Shown piece after piece: positions 39,390 to 54,123 of a stretch of DNA of 64,000 bases. Within the stretch, counting starts at the first letter, position 1; the number at the start of each line of letters is the position of its first letter. The stretch comes from Blasia pusilla. Taxonomy: Eukaryota. Both the position numbers and the translations under genes were made by a program. The stretch lies in contig CM114271.1 in the NCBI GenBank assembly GCA_050084515.1, positions 19,282,001 through 19,346,000 on the forward strand, read 5' to 3'. The notes beneath the pieces are model-generated. The model worked only from the letters and a program-made list of their open reading frames with translations. It was not told where the DNA came from and made no database searches.

Positions 39390-42300
39390 TCTACAATATA
39401 CCCACCTTATGCATTATGTAATGGGTTCCTGAAAGTACATGGTAATGGGTTCAAACCATATCCAAGTCACTTTCATATCTGTTATTAGTGCGGCTCAAAA
39501 TAGCCCCGAACTCGTCTTAACGTTTATATGAGACTTGGATATATGAGAAAGATCCTTAGTGTTGATCCCCTAAAACTTCAACTTTTGTCTATTTTAGACT
39601 CAAAGATAGGGATTGAATCAAAATGTAATGGGTTCCACAAAGGATTCTTTTGTGTATCCTCCCTATTGGATTCTCCCCTTATTCAATTCAACTACAATAG
39701 TTCAGACCTTGAACTCGAATCACGATCAAAAAAATATTTGCAATCAATTTGTCAAAAAGTAAGCTCTACGCTGACTACAAGACCCTCATAGAATTACCCC
39801 AGCCATCATCTGGCTTAGTCGTTCTTCCATCAATAGTAGTAGAGAAGATACTCAAACAATCTCACGAAAAAGGCCAGGCTACACATAGTATGAGCTACGA
39901 CCACTACCATCTTGAGTTGAATATTTTGCAAGATGTAGCTTACTCACTTCCTATTCAGAGACATGCTTCAACTGATATTTTTGACAATGGTAGCTTTTAT
40001 CTACGTCAAACTGCATCCGTAAGAGAAAGTCTTCTCACAAATATTTATGGTACCTCTTTAGACTCTCGGTTCACAATAGAAACACGTTTGTTTCCTTTTT
40101 TATTCCCAACTACGAGGGTATTTCTCAAGAAGGTCCTCATTTGCTGATTATATGTGGAATCGCTCAAAGCAGTTATTTAGTATATTTTGTCTTCATAAGC
40201 CTTGCTCTCTCTTTATGCATTAATTGAGGCTTTCAATAGCCTTATGTTCAAATAGCAAGACTTTCATTCTTACTCGAGAACTAGATAAGTTAAGACTAGA
40301 AAAACCACATCTTCTAAAGGAAGATTAATATTCCCATTTATCTAAATATTCAATCAGCCTGCACCTTCCTGGAAGTCTTGCTTGGCACCATCGTCATCTT
40401 AAGGACTTAAAGGCAATGGTACACAAGTGGGACATGCCTCATTTTTCCTTGACTTTCACATTTGATGAAGTTTCACCAACTAGATGGCCTGAATTTGATG
40501 ATATTGAAGTCCTCTTAAAGCAATTCAACACTACATTTTCTTGGCGTGATGTTCCAAGTGAATGTGCGTAGTTGTTCCATTCAAGATTATATTCTTTCTG
40601 CAGAATTCATCCTTGATGGATTCCATGTTCTTGGTAAAGTTGTTAACTATTTACTAAGATATGAGTTGCAAGGCAGAGGTAGCCTACACTGTCACATGGT
40701 ACTCTGGGTAGACATATCTTTAGACAGGGTTACGTCAGAAATCTGCACCTACATTCCTTCCAATACAGATACATCTATTTTGACTACATCATCAACAAGT
40801 GCTAACTCCACCTATGACTTGTTGCTGCAATATGTACTAACAAAAAAATTACATAAGTGTAAGCAAGGTGTATGTGTTATTAGGGGAAAAAAAAATCAGA
40901 AATCTTATTGTAGGCTAGGATTCCTTGCGCCACCTAACCTTAATCCACTGCCTTATGTTGATCCTAAAAGCATGAGGTGGACTTACTTCCGTCCTTCTCT
41001 AGAATATCGTAACGTCATTCCATACCACTCACTTTTTTTACTCCTCTAGGGAGCTCACATGAACATACGTCGTGTTACTAGTACTAATTGGTCGTTCTAT
41101 TTGCTTAAGTATACATTAAAATCTGAGCCAACATCCTCACTTGATATTGATACACAAACTGCTAAGTGTCTAGGACTTCGTGGAATTGATGAGATAAAGC
41201 TTAAATTCATTTCAGTGTTGTAGTTAATAAGTATGTATCACCTACAGAAGTTGCACTAACATCCATGCAAAGACCCATTATGTACCGCTCTCAGGAAGTA
41301 CATTATGTTGACTCTAACCCTCCATGCAAGGTTGCATGTGGACAAAGTCTGTGTCCGTGGACATGTCCATTGACTTATGTCCGTCCTATGGAAGGACTTG
41401 TCCGTATGAGCCCCACCTTTACCTTCTTTCTCATTCCCCTTACTTGCCTTCGTGTTCCCTCCTCCCTCATTGCTCCTCTCATCCTTGCCTTGCCTTCATC
41501 ATGGACTAAAAGTGTGGGTCCCACCTCTTGGAACCCATGTCCGTGGACATGTCCAAACTTGTCCATCCATGTCCATGTCCCTCCTAAGGAAGGACTTGTC
41601 CGTTTTTGTGCAACCTTGCCTCCATGTCGGTGCAAGTCCCTATATAGAAATGCTTCAGTTCCTTGCATCCACCCAATTGTTATGTACTCAAACAGGCCCA
41701 CATCTATGAAAGATATTACTTTTATCTAGTGTTGGTCTTCCTATGAGTTACAAAAGTCCTACCTTAAAAGCACCAATGATGTCACCGGCTTAGACAATTT
41801 AATTACGTTGTTTGCAAGATAAATAGAGTTGTTCGTTTCACTAAGTTTCATCCTCTCCACCAGTGGAGCAAATTCTTTTATTCAATATTGTTGAATCACA
41901 TCCACTTTGGTTCTGCAGCTGAAATTCTATCTTCTTCCCATGAGAGCAAGACCTACTTACATGAATGTGTGCATAGGAAGTTAATACTCAGCATTGAAGA
42001 TGTATATGCTTTAGTTAAAAGTCACGCTATAAAAAATCTCTAGGGTCAGGTACATGTAGTTGAGATTCCCGCTAAAGTCACTGATGTGTTACAACTTGAA
42101 CTCAATGTAGACATTTCTGAAATGCTAACCCAATCCACTTCAAAACCTCTTTCTCCATCACAACCAAAATGTATCCATCCACATGAGCAAGATTTGCATA
42201 CCTTGAATGATGAAAAATTGTGGCTTTTCTCCCAACTTGAGGACTTATGCTTTGGTCTAGTTCTCCTTCAAGGTTCTCCTTGCTATGGGAAAACTTTCTT

Positions 42301-43473
42301 CATCAAGTTCATGTATAGTTATTGAAAGGCTTTTGGAATGTGTCCACTTCTTACTGCTCTGACAGGTAATTCCGCTGTTTGACTACATTTTGAAGCAACC
42401 ACTGCTTATTCTTCTTTTGCAATACCAATTAGAGGCGACTTGCCTAACATGCATGCTGATTCTGACAATTGTAGTATGCTAAAATCATCAAAAGTAGTTG
42501 TAATTGATGAATGTTCTATGCTTAACAAAAAACTTCTTCAGGTCGTAGGAATGCGGCTTAATGAAGCCTGCCCTGCAAAGTACGCAACTCCATTTGCAAA
42601 TAAGCTAGTTCTATTGGTAGGAGACTTTTGTGAAATTCCTCCAATATGTAACCACCACTCTTCTCCTTTCTGTGCTAGCTGCCACATAACTTCATCTACA
42701 CTATTCCACAATATGCCGACCCTTCAATTGACTACTTTCATGAAGCACAATGATGATCATGACTCTCTTGCATTCCTCAACTCTATAAGGCAACGAGTAC
42801 CTACTCCTGCAAAAATACATAGTTGTCTCTCAGATTGTTTTGCCTTTGAAGACAAGGCTATAGACTTTGTTCATTATAACACAACCATTATTTGCACTCA
42901 TGCTGAAGATGTGGACATCTTTAATTTAATAGCATTGAGAAGATTGTTTAGAGATGCATCTATTATATCAATAGATATCATATCAAATGCACCCAACACA
43001 CCTCACTTTGCATCTTGGCTAAACCATGCAACTTTCCACCAACTAAGATTTGCCGCAATAAATTGTACCGTTATGCTCACATGCAACATCAACTTAAAGG
43101 TTGAAGCAACAAATGGATCCTTAGCTACAATTACTGAGTTTATTTATACTTGAGACGCAATAAATGGTATTGTTCTCACTATTCTTTCCAGCGGTAAGTC
43201 TATTCAATTAAGTAGATCAAAGTTTGAATCTCTAAGGTATGAGTGTCAGACCAGACTTATGTTAAGAAGTCTTTTCCACTTATCCTAGGCTATGCTATGA
43301 CAGGGCATAAAAGCCAAGGATCTACAATTTCTGGTCGTTGTCTTCTAGTAATCAAATCTGTCTTTGCCTCAGGCCTTTTGCATGTCATGTTGTCGAGGGT
43401 AAAAAACATAATTCAGTTGAAGATATTTGGAAACTTAAAACCTAAAGACTTTCAAGTGTTTGCACATTCGTAG
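39390..43473 (+). mobile_element. Helitron Rep-helicase (HUH Rep + PIF1) pseudogene
   Basis: Rep: DLKAMV..WDMPHFSLTFT..E...RWPE, YELQGRGSLHCHMVLW, YLLKYTLK. PIF1: QGSPCYGKTF, VVIDECSML, PFANKLVLLVGDF.EIPPI, FPLILGYAMTGHKSQGSTI, LHVMLSRV. Stops, frameshifts and a MITE insertion. Confidence 0.93.
41327..41618. mobile_element. hAT-type MITE inserted in the Helitron ORF
   Basis: TIRs caaggttgca / tgcaaccttg; perfect 8-bp TSD CCTCCATG (41319-41326, 41619-41626). Confidence 0.93.
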
Positions 43474-43519
43474 TAAGCTCCATATTACTTTTTTCTGATT
43501 TTTGAGCAAGTAGGAAAGC

Positions 43520-44582
43520 ATGGCATCTCGCAACACTTCAACATGGGGACGTTCAGGGAGGTCTTCAAACAACTCCCATCTAGGTCTTAACAATTCAAAA
43601 ATTAGACACTCTCTGCTATCGAATGACAACAATTCAGCTTTGCTTGAATTCATCGTTGACATGCATTTTGCAATGGTGGCTCATGTCCCAAATGAGGTTT
43701 GATCCTTAACATATTTACTTTTCAATGACCAAATACTCACACTCAATCTTCTCCTACTCCTAACATTATATTTGCAGGTTCCTCTCAATTACATGGATTT
43801 TGCAAGCATGATCTTAAGCAACATAAATAGCTACCAAGAAGAAACCAGACCACGCTTCACATCAAATGAAGTATTTGGACAATCTAGGAGGCATGCCTAT
43901 ATTTTGGGAGCACGGTGTCACTGGTTGACAGATCCAGAGCCTCATCATGTCAAGACTGGGACTCCAAGTTTCGTCGCATTCTCAAGGACGGTCCTGCTCC
44001 AGGTAACAACACACTCACTTTCCAATTCGTCTTCATTTTAGTCAAGTGTCTTCCAACAAACCAACCACTTTTTTTATTGATTCATCATATTTTTTTTTAG
44101 GAGCAAAGAAGGAAGCCTTACACTTCACGACTGTCGAATTCAAAGAGGCATCCCTAGGAAGGAAATCTGCAACCTGCTTGTTCAACCTGATTTTTGGAGG
44201 CATTCGCCTAGATCAACTCAGGTTGCTTAGGCATGACATGCATTTTCCCTTGACCATGCTTCTGGACCTATCATCTATCAAGGCCACACATCTTATTGAA
44301 CGTATAAAGGCAGCCCGTGATGATGGTCAGTTGCCAGACGTTTCACCCTTGCCCGTAGACTTCGATAATACGGAGCAAGTTCCCTTGTTTCCGGATTTTG
44401 ATGATGCAATCATCATTTCCTATGCTCCTCCCAAGACATTTGCTGCACCAAATACATCTGGTGTCAATCAGAATAACTTACCCACTCCAGTTTCTCAACC
44501 TTCTCATGTTCTTGGCACATCATTTGACTCATATGATTCTAACCTGCTTGTTACATCACCAAACAAGCGCAAATGCGCATAG
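43520..44582 (+). pseudogene. Spliced ORF of unknown function right after the Helitron helicase (exons ~43520-43696, 43778-44002, 44101-44582)
   Basis: GT-AG introns with pyrimidine-rich acceptors. Intron 1 is in phase; exon 2 needs one frameshift. Confidence 0.45.
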
Positions 44583-45939
44583 GCTCATCAAGTTCACTCT
44601 CCCACACCCCATGCCACTTGCATTCCTGGTCTTATTCAAGGGCTAGCTTTTTAACTTCTACATTTTCTGATAGTAGTTGTTGGCGTGAATGTTGTAGATG
44701 GATAGCACATTCCACGGTTGGACTCTTTGTTGTTCTACATAATTCTCTTTCCATTATTTTTTCTGTACTTCAGCATTGTTCCAATAATATGCATGGATTT
44801 CTTAAGTTCTTACTAGGCCTACGAGAATCGTCTCATTTCTTCTACTATTTTGGCATTTCTCATGCATCCATGATGCAGATTTTGATCATAGACACTTCAT
44901 GCCAATCTTTTGAAATTCCAGTACCACAATTTTGTATTGCACAACCACATGATGAATGTTAATTGTGTGTATCTATTATGACTTCTAATCATGTATTTAT
45001 TTCTTATGGATTTTTTCAAGTCAACTTTATATATTATGCATATAATGCATATGTTCAATCATTGCTTTCGCACATTTATTGTAATCTTTCATTTCAAAAT
45101 AGTGTTGCTTCTACCCAGCTCTTCACTCAAGTCATGTGATTTTTCCTGAACTCTATTGTTTAAAGTGAATCTTTATTGCTCATCATTTTCTTTCGTACAC
45201 TCTACTGAATGACTAACAAGCTCCGTTCTTGTCTTCCTCTTCACTACAGACTTCACGCTCTTGACCTCCTTGCATTCGCGGAGCGATTTTTCCTTCAATT
45301 CCATCAAGAACTTACTCAGTAGGCCCATCACACGAGCCCGGCTTACATCATGTTCAGCTTGACACCAACCACCCTCTTCGTGTTTGCAATGAGCAAACCG
45401 TTGATGATGACGCACTAGAAGAAAACAATGGTTTTTATGACTTGACTTAGAATGACTTATGAACAAAAAAACTCAAAGTATACCTCTATTGGTTCAGTCA
45501 TTATTTATAACTTGGAAAACCAAATAATTTGTAATATAATGACTTAAATAGTATTAGAAATGACTCAGTCATGTTCTAGTCATATCCCGTGACTCGTTGA
45601 GTCATCTGAGTCATTTTCTCACACACGTGTGTTAGAAAATTTGGAGAATATTGGTTAATAAAGATATCAATATTACCACAAAACCAGCCGAAGGATGAAA
45701 AACGAAAAGATGTCATTAAAATATAAAGAAACAATTAATTAAATGATTAAAATATTCCTTGGATAATTAATGAAGGAATCCACACAATATTCTAAAAACT
45801 CTATCACTTAATAGTATATCAAGAATATGGAGTAATTTCAACACATAATATTAACAATATAAGTAGTGGTTAATCTAGTCATAAATAGGTATTAAACCTA
45901 ATATCGAAACATCCATAAATCATGAAAACTTTCTCAAAC

Positions 45940-47760
45940 ATGGGACTTGGCTGGTTGATCAAAGCCCACATCATTTTTCTCGAGGCCATGTAAAATTAAG
46001 GTTTAAGGTTTGGTGAATTTTCTGACAGTGAATGCACCTCCAAGGAGGGAGTAAAAAATGGGAGATGGTTTCGGTGATGGGTATTTTTAAATCCAAATTG
46101 GAGGTGGAAAAGGAAGATCGCAACCGTTCAAGCGGTTTAAGAGTGTGTAATACCTACCCATGCAGATTTTGAGCTCCATCCAATGATGGGAGAAGGTGTT
46201 TAGGTAGAACCAATGTAAATTTTAAGAACTCCAAGAAGAATGCTTCTTGGAAGATTGTAGTTCTTCCTCTTGAAGCAACATTTTAAAAAAAGTTCACCCC
46301 TAGTCATCCATAAATCTTTTAAAATTTCACGGTCAAGGTACTTGGTGCCAAGAGCCCAAATCATTTTTTTTCAAAGGATTTCAAGGCTTGATGACGGATT
46401 TTAAAATGCACGATGAACGAGGGAATCTGACTTTTTTTTCTATTGCTATGTGGTTAATTGGAGAGATCTGAACCGTCCATCCTCTTTAAAAGCATGATTT
46501 CCTTTAGCCATTAAAACTTGAGGGCCATCCAATGGTGGGAAGAAACAATGTATGGGATATGTTGGCAATAACGATAACTCGCTATTAGAAGAAGGGCACT
46601 TTTGGAGTTCTGGTGATTCAAAAAGCCTGAAACTTTTCTAAGGCATGTGAAATTAGGGTTTGAAGCCTCGTGATGTTTTTCAAGGTGAATGAAAAACCAA
46701 GGAGGGAGTAAAACATGGAAGATGGTTTCAGTGATGGGTATTTTTAAATCCAAATTGGAGGTTGAAAATGAAGATCGAATCCGTTCAAGCGGTTTAAGAG
46801 TGTATTATACCTATGCTTGCAGATTTTGACCTCCATCTAACGGTGGGAAAAGGTTTTTAGATACAACCAATGGAAATTTGAACAACACCAAGAAGAATGC
46901 CTCTTGGAAAACTGTAGTCCTTCCTCTTGAAGCAACATTTTGGAAAAATTTCACCCTTGGTCCTCCATAAGTCTTGAAAATTTTCACAGTCATGGAAATC
47001 GGTGCCAAGATCCTAGACCATTTTTTTGGAGGATTTCGAGGCTAGATGATGGATTTAAAAATGCACGATGAAAGAGGGAATCTGAAATTTCTCTCTTGTT
47101 GTGTGGACAACTGGAAAGATCTGAACCGTCCATCCTCTCTAGAAGCATAGTTTCCATCAGCAAGAAAGTTTGAGGTCCATCCAATGGTGAGAAGATACAA
47201 CGTAGGGGATATGTCGGCAATAACGGTAACTTGACATTAGAAGAAGGCCACTTGTGGAATCCTGGTGACTCAAAAATCCTGAAACTTTTTGAGGGCATGT
47301 GAAATCAAGATTTGAGGCTTGATGATTTTTTTCAAGGTGAATATATCTCCAAAGAGGGAGTAAAAAGTGGAAGATGGTGTCGGTGATGGGTATTTTTAAA
47401 TCCAAATTGGAGGTGGAACATGAAGATCGGAGCCGTTTAAGCGGTTTAAGAGGGTGTTATACCTATCCTTGCAGATTTTGAGCTCTATCCAACGGTAGGA
47501 AAAGGTTTTTAGGAAGAACCAATAGAAATTTTTACAATACAAAGAAGAATGCCACTTGGAAGACCGTAGTTCTTCTTCTCCAAGAAACATTTTGGAAAAT
47601 TTTCACTCATGATCATTCATAAATCTTGAAAATTTTCAAGGTCATGGAACTTGGTGCCAAGAGCCCACATTATATTTTTCCGAAGGATTTTGAGGGTCAA
47701 TAACGGATTTGAAAATGCACAATGAAAGAGGGAATATGAATTTTTCTCTCTTGCTATGTG
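45940..47760 (-). repeat. Tandem array of ~655-bp units, related (inverted) to the 350-bp arrays
   Basis: gatgg...gtgatgggtatttt at 46064, 46721, 47373; contains gatctgaaccg and ccatccaatggtg. Confidence 0.8.
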
Positions 47761-47859
47761 GCCAATTGGCAAGTTGAATGAGATAATGGAAGATTCAAAT
47801 TTCATCGACATACGGGGAAGATTCCAATCATCTTGGCCTTATATTTTATGGAGCTTCCT

Positions 47860-48355
47860 TATCTTCCCTTTTTCTTTCCCCTTCCCTTTGTCTATTAAAT
47901 CTTTCCCTCTCCCCTTCCCTTTCCTTACCTTCTCTTTGTTTCCCTTTCCCCTCCCCTTCACTTCCTTTCCCTTCCCTTTCCTTACCTTCTTTTCATGTGC
48001 GTTTCCCCTCCCCTCCCCTCCCCTTCCTTTCTCTTTTCATTTTCCTTCCCTGTATGTGCTCCTATAGATTACCTGCTTGTCCTTCCTTCTGCTTCCCTTT
48101 TCCCACCACTTTTATCATGTGAGTGCGCTGGAGTAAAGTCACTCTCATGTAGTTCGCGCCACCTACTACTGGTCGTGATGTTGCTTTGCCCTTGTTCGTG
48201 CCCTGCTTTGCCTTGTTCGTGCCCTGCTCTACCCTCATGTAGTTCGCGCCGTGCTCTACTCTCATGTAGTTCGCGCCACCTACTACTGGTCGTGATGTTG
48301 CTTTGCCCTTGTTCGTACCCTGCTTTGCCTTGTTCGTGCCGTGCTCTACCCTTGC
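47860..48355 (+). repeat. Polypyrimidine tract and ~118-bp tandem duplication
   Basis: C/T-rich 47860-48050; ctctcatgtagttcgcgccacctactactgg at about 48142 and 48260. Confidence 0.75.
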
Positions 48356-50865
48356 CTTTTTTTGTGACCTTTGCCATTTGCCTCAAATTGCTTGTCTCAT
48401 ACACTGTAGGAAAGAGACGTCGCAAGAGTGAAGGAGAGAAAGCTACTCAAAGAGATACAACTCCAAGGTGGCAGTCTCAAAGCAAACTGATCCGGCCCAA
48501 GCTTGATGTATCGTTTCCTCTCTCTCTCTCTCTCTCCAGAACTCCCTATGACAAAGATTACTTTTTTATAGGCTCCGTAGTGTGCCATTCGAGGTGAAGG
48601 TGAAGATTAGTCATTTTAGTGGGCCCATGGGCATTTTTTTATAGAATTATGGCATTTCCTGAACCTACAAGGGCAAGAAGTTTCCATCTCCTTGCATAGT
48701 ATTGGTACCCGTGGAGGGCCATTAGGATGATGGTTGGGATAGTCCAACAAGTCACTCTTCATGTCTGTCATGATGCACATGGGATTATACATCATGAGGG
48801 GCAAGACCCAAAATTGAGGAGAGTGTTACATCTGATAAAGTATGCCTCTACTGTTGGTGGCCAAGCTGTGCAAGTCCGTCTAGAATATGGGAATTTTTGG
48901 GAAGGTGTTGTTCTTGATAGGTTGGTTTGCATTCTTTCTAGCGGTAGGTGTGTGTCATGTAAAGTTTGCATTTGTTGGTTTGATGTATGTGATATCGGCA
49001 CATGGAGTCGTATTCCACCACCAGATCGATACTGGTGAAGGATTGTATGACACCCTTGAACAGGGTGTCATATGTGATGCATGCACTCAAAGATTTTGCT
49101 AATTTTTCAAATACGACTACAAATGATAGGAGGCTTATCATAATAGATATATCCAATGTTTTGTAGGGTTTTAGTCTCCTTGTTACAGAACTGGTAAGGG
49201 ATGCCCTAAAGTCACCTCAACCACAACAGTAAACCTGTACAGAATGATGGCAGCAATCAGTCCAGTTAATATATCCATTTCATGTCCTTAGTACATAATT
49301 TTCTCATATTCAATTCTTCCTTAAAACCGGTCATTTTATTTACAATGTACATATGAGTTTAGAAGTCCAGAATATTGCTAAGTTAGGTCAGTTGCTTCAA
49401 GGATCATGACTAGTTCCTCTTGGCAAAAGTGGTGACCTCAAGTGATCCCACTTAACGTCTTTGATCTATCCTTGCTTTCTTAGCTTCGAGTCCTTGATCC
49501 AGACTTGGCATGTAGAATTTTCCATCGGGATTCACTATGGAGGGATAACGTGATACCTTGGGTGCATCATGTATGGTGCAGTCATCCAATTGGAAAGCAT
49601 CTATGTTTCTGTTGGGATGATTGGAAGATGGGCATGGGTACCATGGAGACATTCTTGTTATGGTTGAGTGTGGTTGGGGTTGTGAACAAGTGCACCATGC
49701 ATATCTGTCATGATGCTCAAGGTCGGTATAGAGGTATCTCAAGCCCAAAAATGCAAACTGCTTTAGCCTAAATTCGCGATGTGATCACTCACATACATGG
49801 ATGTACAAAATTTCAACTTGAGTGTTGCCATATCAGATTGCCCAAATCACTAGCTAGATGAGCAAATATGTCTTCCTAGAGAGAGAGGAATGTTGGTGGC
49901 ACGCTCGGCATGCCCATGTGGTGGAGGCATGTGTAAAGATAGTGGAGTTTGGAACAGAAAATTGTCTTAGGCATATCAAATGGGATAGCATGGAACCTGG
50001 TCCTACATCTCCTTCCCTAAACAATATGGACACCAGTAGTAGTATGAATCATTCAGGATTGATGAGCTCCTCATGCAAACACCTGAAAGTTTTGATATTT
50101 TGAAAACTTGAATTGACACCTCGTGACTAATGTTAAAAAAGTGTGCAAAAGTAAGACTGACAGTAATTCCCAAGACGCACTTGAAACATCTTGAAATGCA
50201 CTTCTTTAAGCATTCAACACAAGGACACTTATTCAATGGATGATTTCAAATTAGGTATTTAGCTAATTTACACCATAGAAGTAGCCTAATTGTCCAACAC
50301 AATGTGAATTACAAGTATAAGACTATCTGTTTGTCTCCTTACAGTGCTGATAGACAAACACATCCAAAAACATCTGCGTGTGTTGTGGTACAAATTGTGG
50401 GATACAAGAGGGTTTTAAGTATGAATGTATATTAAGAGAGGGTTTTAGTTATTATTGTATATGAAACTCACACTTGATATTAGTACAATACTTGTACAAC
50501 TCACTCACTTGTAATGGATTTCAAGTGTTGAAGACTAGGTATAGTCAATACTCTCCAAGAGACCATTGCTTTGTTGGTCTACAAACGGGTATGGTACTAT
50601 ATTTCAAACATTGAATTCCATGTGTTTTGTGAAAGTGTAAATTCAATAGTATATTTATTTCATTACGAAGTTTGATAGGCACTTGAAGTTTGAAGTTGGA
50701 TATCCGTATATGTCTAATCTAAGAATCATGTCAGGTTTTCTTTTTCCTTTATTTTTAATTAGAATTACCATGAAACCACCGCTGACCTCCCAAGGTTGAC
50801 TCCCTTTTGGTCATCTACATAGAGTCTTAGCACATGATTTTAAATTATGGCAAAGAGAGCAAGTT

Positions 50866-52565
50866 GTGGCCCGCAGGTTGGGAATTAAGAGAGTGAGGTG
50901 CCCTTGTAATCAATGCAAAGGGGAGACTTATCTATCTCTCCATAGGATAGAGGAGCATCTGAAAATTTTTGACCAATTTCATCTTTTTCGCATCCCGAAG
51001 AGTAGACATGAGTGGGAATTTTCTAATGAGGAGTGGTCAATTCAAGACCACGAGTCCTTCAAGAACCAGTTTGAGAAAATCATACACAGAGCAAATCTTG
51101 ATGTAGAGCCTAGTCTACTAGATAACATGAAGAGGCGGTTGAATGTGGATGGTGATATTGATGTTCAAAAAATGTCAAATGATATGTTTACACAATATGA
51201 CAACCTCCATGATGATGAAGAAGACCCCGAAGGAGGATCTGAGGATAACCTAGGTGATAGTGGGGATGATCCAATGGATCCCATAGACAAATTTGACATG
51301 TGAATTGATGATAATCAATTTCCAAAACTTGCACAAGCATGCAAGCCCCTTTTCCCTGGCGCAAGGACATCCATTTTAGGATTTGTGATGCTGCCTTTCA
51401 AAGTTTCCGCTACCCATAACTTGCCAAACATTGTAGTTGATGAGTTTTTAAAGCGTCTTGGTAAATTGGTCCTTCTGAAAAGAAACAATGTTCCACATAG
51501 TTATTATAGGAAAGCTTGGATTGAGTTAGAACTCATACCATGCATGTTCCATTGGATGTGTGTTATTCCATGGAAATTTGAAAGATTTGACTTCTTGCCC
51601 ATAGTGCAAGAAGTCTCGGTTTAAGCAGGTAGGGAAGTCGTTAGTAATATGTAAGGTACTTCGACACTTCCCCATCATCCCAAGGATACGGAAAATGTTT
51701 AGATGTCCCACCTTGTTAGAATTTTTGGTGTGGGCAGCATGTAATGAGAGCCAGGATGGGATGGTTAGACATGCAGGTGATAGCAAAGCATGGGCTCATG
51801 TTGATGAAACTTACCCTGAATTTTGCGAAGAAAAAAGGAATTATAGATTTGGGTTAGCTCTTGATGGAGTGAACCCCCTTACAAATAAATCTAGTTCTTG
51901 GTCAACATGGCCAATTTTACTAGTAAATTATAACTTGCTTCCTTGGTTGCAAACCAAAAAATTCTTTGTTATGCTTGCACTCCTTATACTTGGGAAGGAG
52001 AGTGTGCATGGAGGGAATATCAATACCTATCTTGCCCCATTAGTTGAGGAATTAGAAGAATTATGGCAAGGTGTGGTGCTCCATGATGTTCGGAAACCCC
52101 ATGAGTAGTGGGAGTTACCTTTAAGTCAATGATCCTTTGGACTATCAATGACTATCCTGCATTAGGTACAATATCTAGGCAAAGACATGGTGGAAAGCTT
52201 GCATATACCGTATGTGGGCCTAGGATGGAATCAGATTTTTCCAAGGAGTGTGGCAAACCCATATGTGGAGGTCACCAACGATACTTGCCCTCCTCTCATA
52301 CATGGAGAGGTAGGAAGTATGGAATCCATTTTAATGGTAAAGAGGAAGCTAGACCACCACCAGAAAGGGTTACAACATATGAGATTTTCGCATTGGCCAA
52401 GGAGAATAAAGAATATGACAAGAGTGGGGGACGAGAAGATGGTCCTTTTGATCCATACAAAAAAATAGGAGTGAAGAGGAGGAGTCTACTCTTCGATTTA
52501 CCTTATTGGCAAGTATCCTAGCAACTAACCATAGGTTCTTACTACCAAAAACCATCATTGTCATG

Positions 52566-52626
<61 letters not shown>

Positions 52627-53470
52627 GCTTCATAACTCCGTGATGGGATTTCTTGATCATACATCAACATCTTCTTATTCGCCACACCTTGGATGTCATG
52701 CATGTGGAAAAGAATATTGCTGAAAACTTAGTAAAGACAATATTTGGAATAAAATATACAATCAAGGTTAGAAGAGATATGAAGGCAAGAAGAGTTCGAC
52801 CTCATTTGTGGTTACAGTCACACCCATGGAGAGTAGAAGGTCTTGTCAAACCTGATGCAAATTATATGTTATCTCCTCATGAGTTGATGGTAGTTCTTGG
52901 TAGAATTGAGGCACTCAAAGTGCCCACGGATTATTGCGGTGAGTTGAGGAAGCATGTGATACACAAGAAATTGGGAAACATGATGTCTCATGATTACCAT
53001 GTTTTGCTTCATCAAATCCTACCTTACTCCCTACTTGGCCTCATGAAAAAGGAAGTTCAGATGACCATCATGAGGTTAAGTAGGATTTTTAGAAGTATAT
53101 GTATGAAAGTCTATGATCCATCCCAACTTGAAAGATTACGTGAGGATACTATTATCACCTTATGTCTATTAGAGATGCACTTCCCCCCTGCCTTCTTTTT
53201 TTCCATCCCAAGTGGAGCAAGTATGTTTTGGCAAGGCAAGTGAGGGGAGTGGATGGAAAGTAGTATTGCGCAAGGAAGCTCGGGCCCGTAGAGTATTTGT
53301 AGAAGATAGTGAGATAACGCACATGGATAATGGAGATTTCATTGGTCTGCGTGCTTCGAGAAGCTCACCCAAGAGGATTCCTATTGTAAACACACTAGGA
53401 GCTATATAATTGACCAACCAAGAGATGGAAGAAGCATGTAGGGATTTCGCAAATGTAGTTCGTGTGTAGG
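50866..53470 (+). pseudogene. CACTA TnpD-type transposase (Transposase_21)
   Basis: RCPCNQC, VLRHFPIIPR, DGMVRHAGDSKAW, RFGLALDGVNP..SWSTWP, WTINDYPALG, LFDLPYWQ|intron|IRHTLDVMHVEKN, SHDYHVLL, EMHFPPAFF; then a jump to QVEQVCF..WKVVL (internal deletion). Confidence 0.93.
52567..52622. repeat. (TA)28 microsatellite in the transposase intron
   Basis: Directly visible. Confidence 0.97.
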
Positions 53471-54123
53471 TTTGCAAAAAAGGAAAGCTCTTCAAGTGAA
53501 GAATCTAAAGATGATAGTGAGTAAAGACAACATGGTAGGAAAAGATATGACTTGGTTGTTTTTTTGTTTGCAACCTTAACCATGGGCCATCGGGTTAGAT
53601 GTGAAACTTTCACATTCATATACATATAATAATACTTCAAATGAGGTTGATGAGAGAGTTCATGGTGATGATAGCCTTGCATTTGCTTCATTGGACGCAG
53701 GAGGGATTGTGGATGCACAAAAATCTCATTCCCAGGATGTAGCGTGCAATTTCTAGAGTCTATGACACTCTAGAAATTGCTTGCTGGTTTCTTTTGGAGG
53801 AAATCAGATTTGCATGATGTCTTTTGATAAGGAGGATGATTATGATAGAAAAGAGGAAGATGCACCTGATCATGATCACTTACGCGAGCCATGGGTAATC
53901 TTCAACCTCTTTTATTCACAAATGGTGTTGGGCTTATGCAAGTGGTGATTTTTTTGGATAGAGTACAGAGCCATTGCTGTGAAAGGCAGTATTCCAATTC
54001 TTGATTCTCTTTTGAGTACTGCAGAATTCAACCAAACGCACAGACGGAAGCGATGCAAGAGAAACTCCTCCCTATGTGCCTCAACAATGAAATACGGCTC
54101 GAGAGAGTAGTAAGAACACTTCC

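Noticed and set aside
45320-45420. Helitron 3' end (ggcccatcacacgagcc hairpin; CTAG at 45415)
   Set aside because: The hairpin is imperfect with no CTRR at the expected spacing, and the CTAG belongs to the CACTA TIR.
47756-48597. Hydrophobic or Cys-rich ORFs
   Set aside because: Produced by a polypyrimidine tract and tandem repeats.
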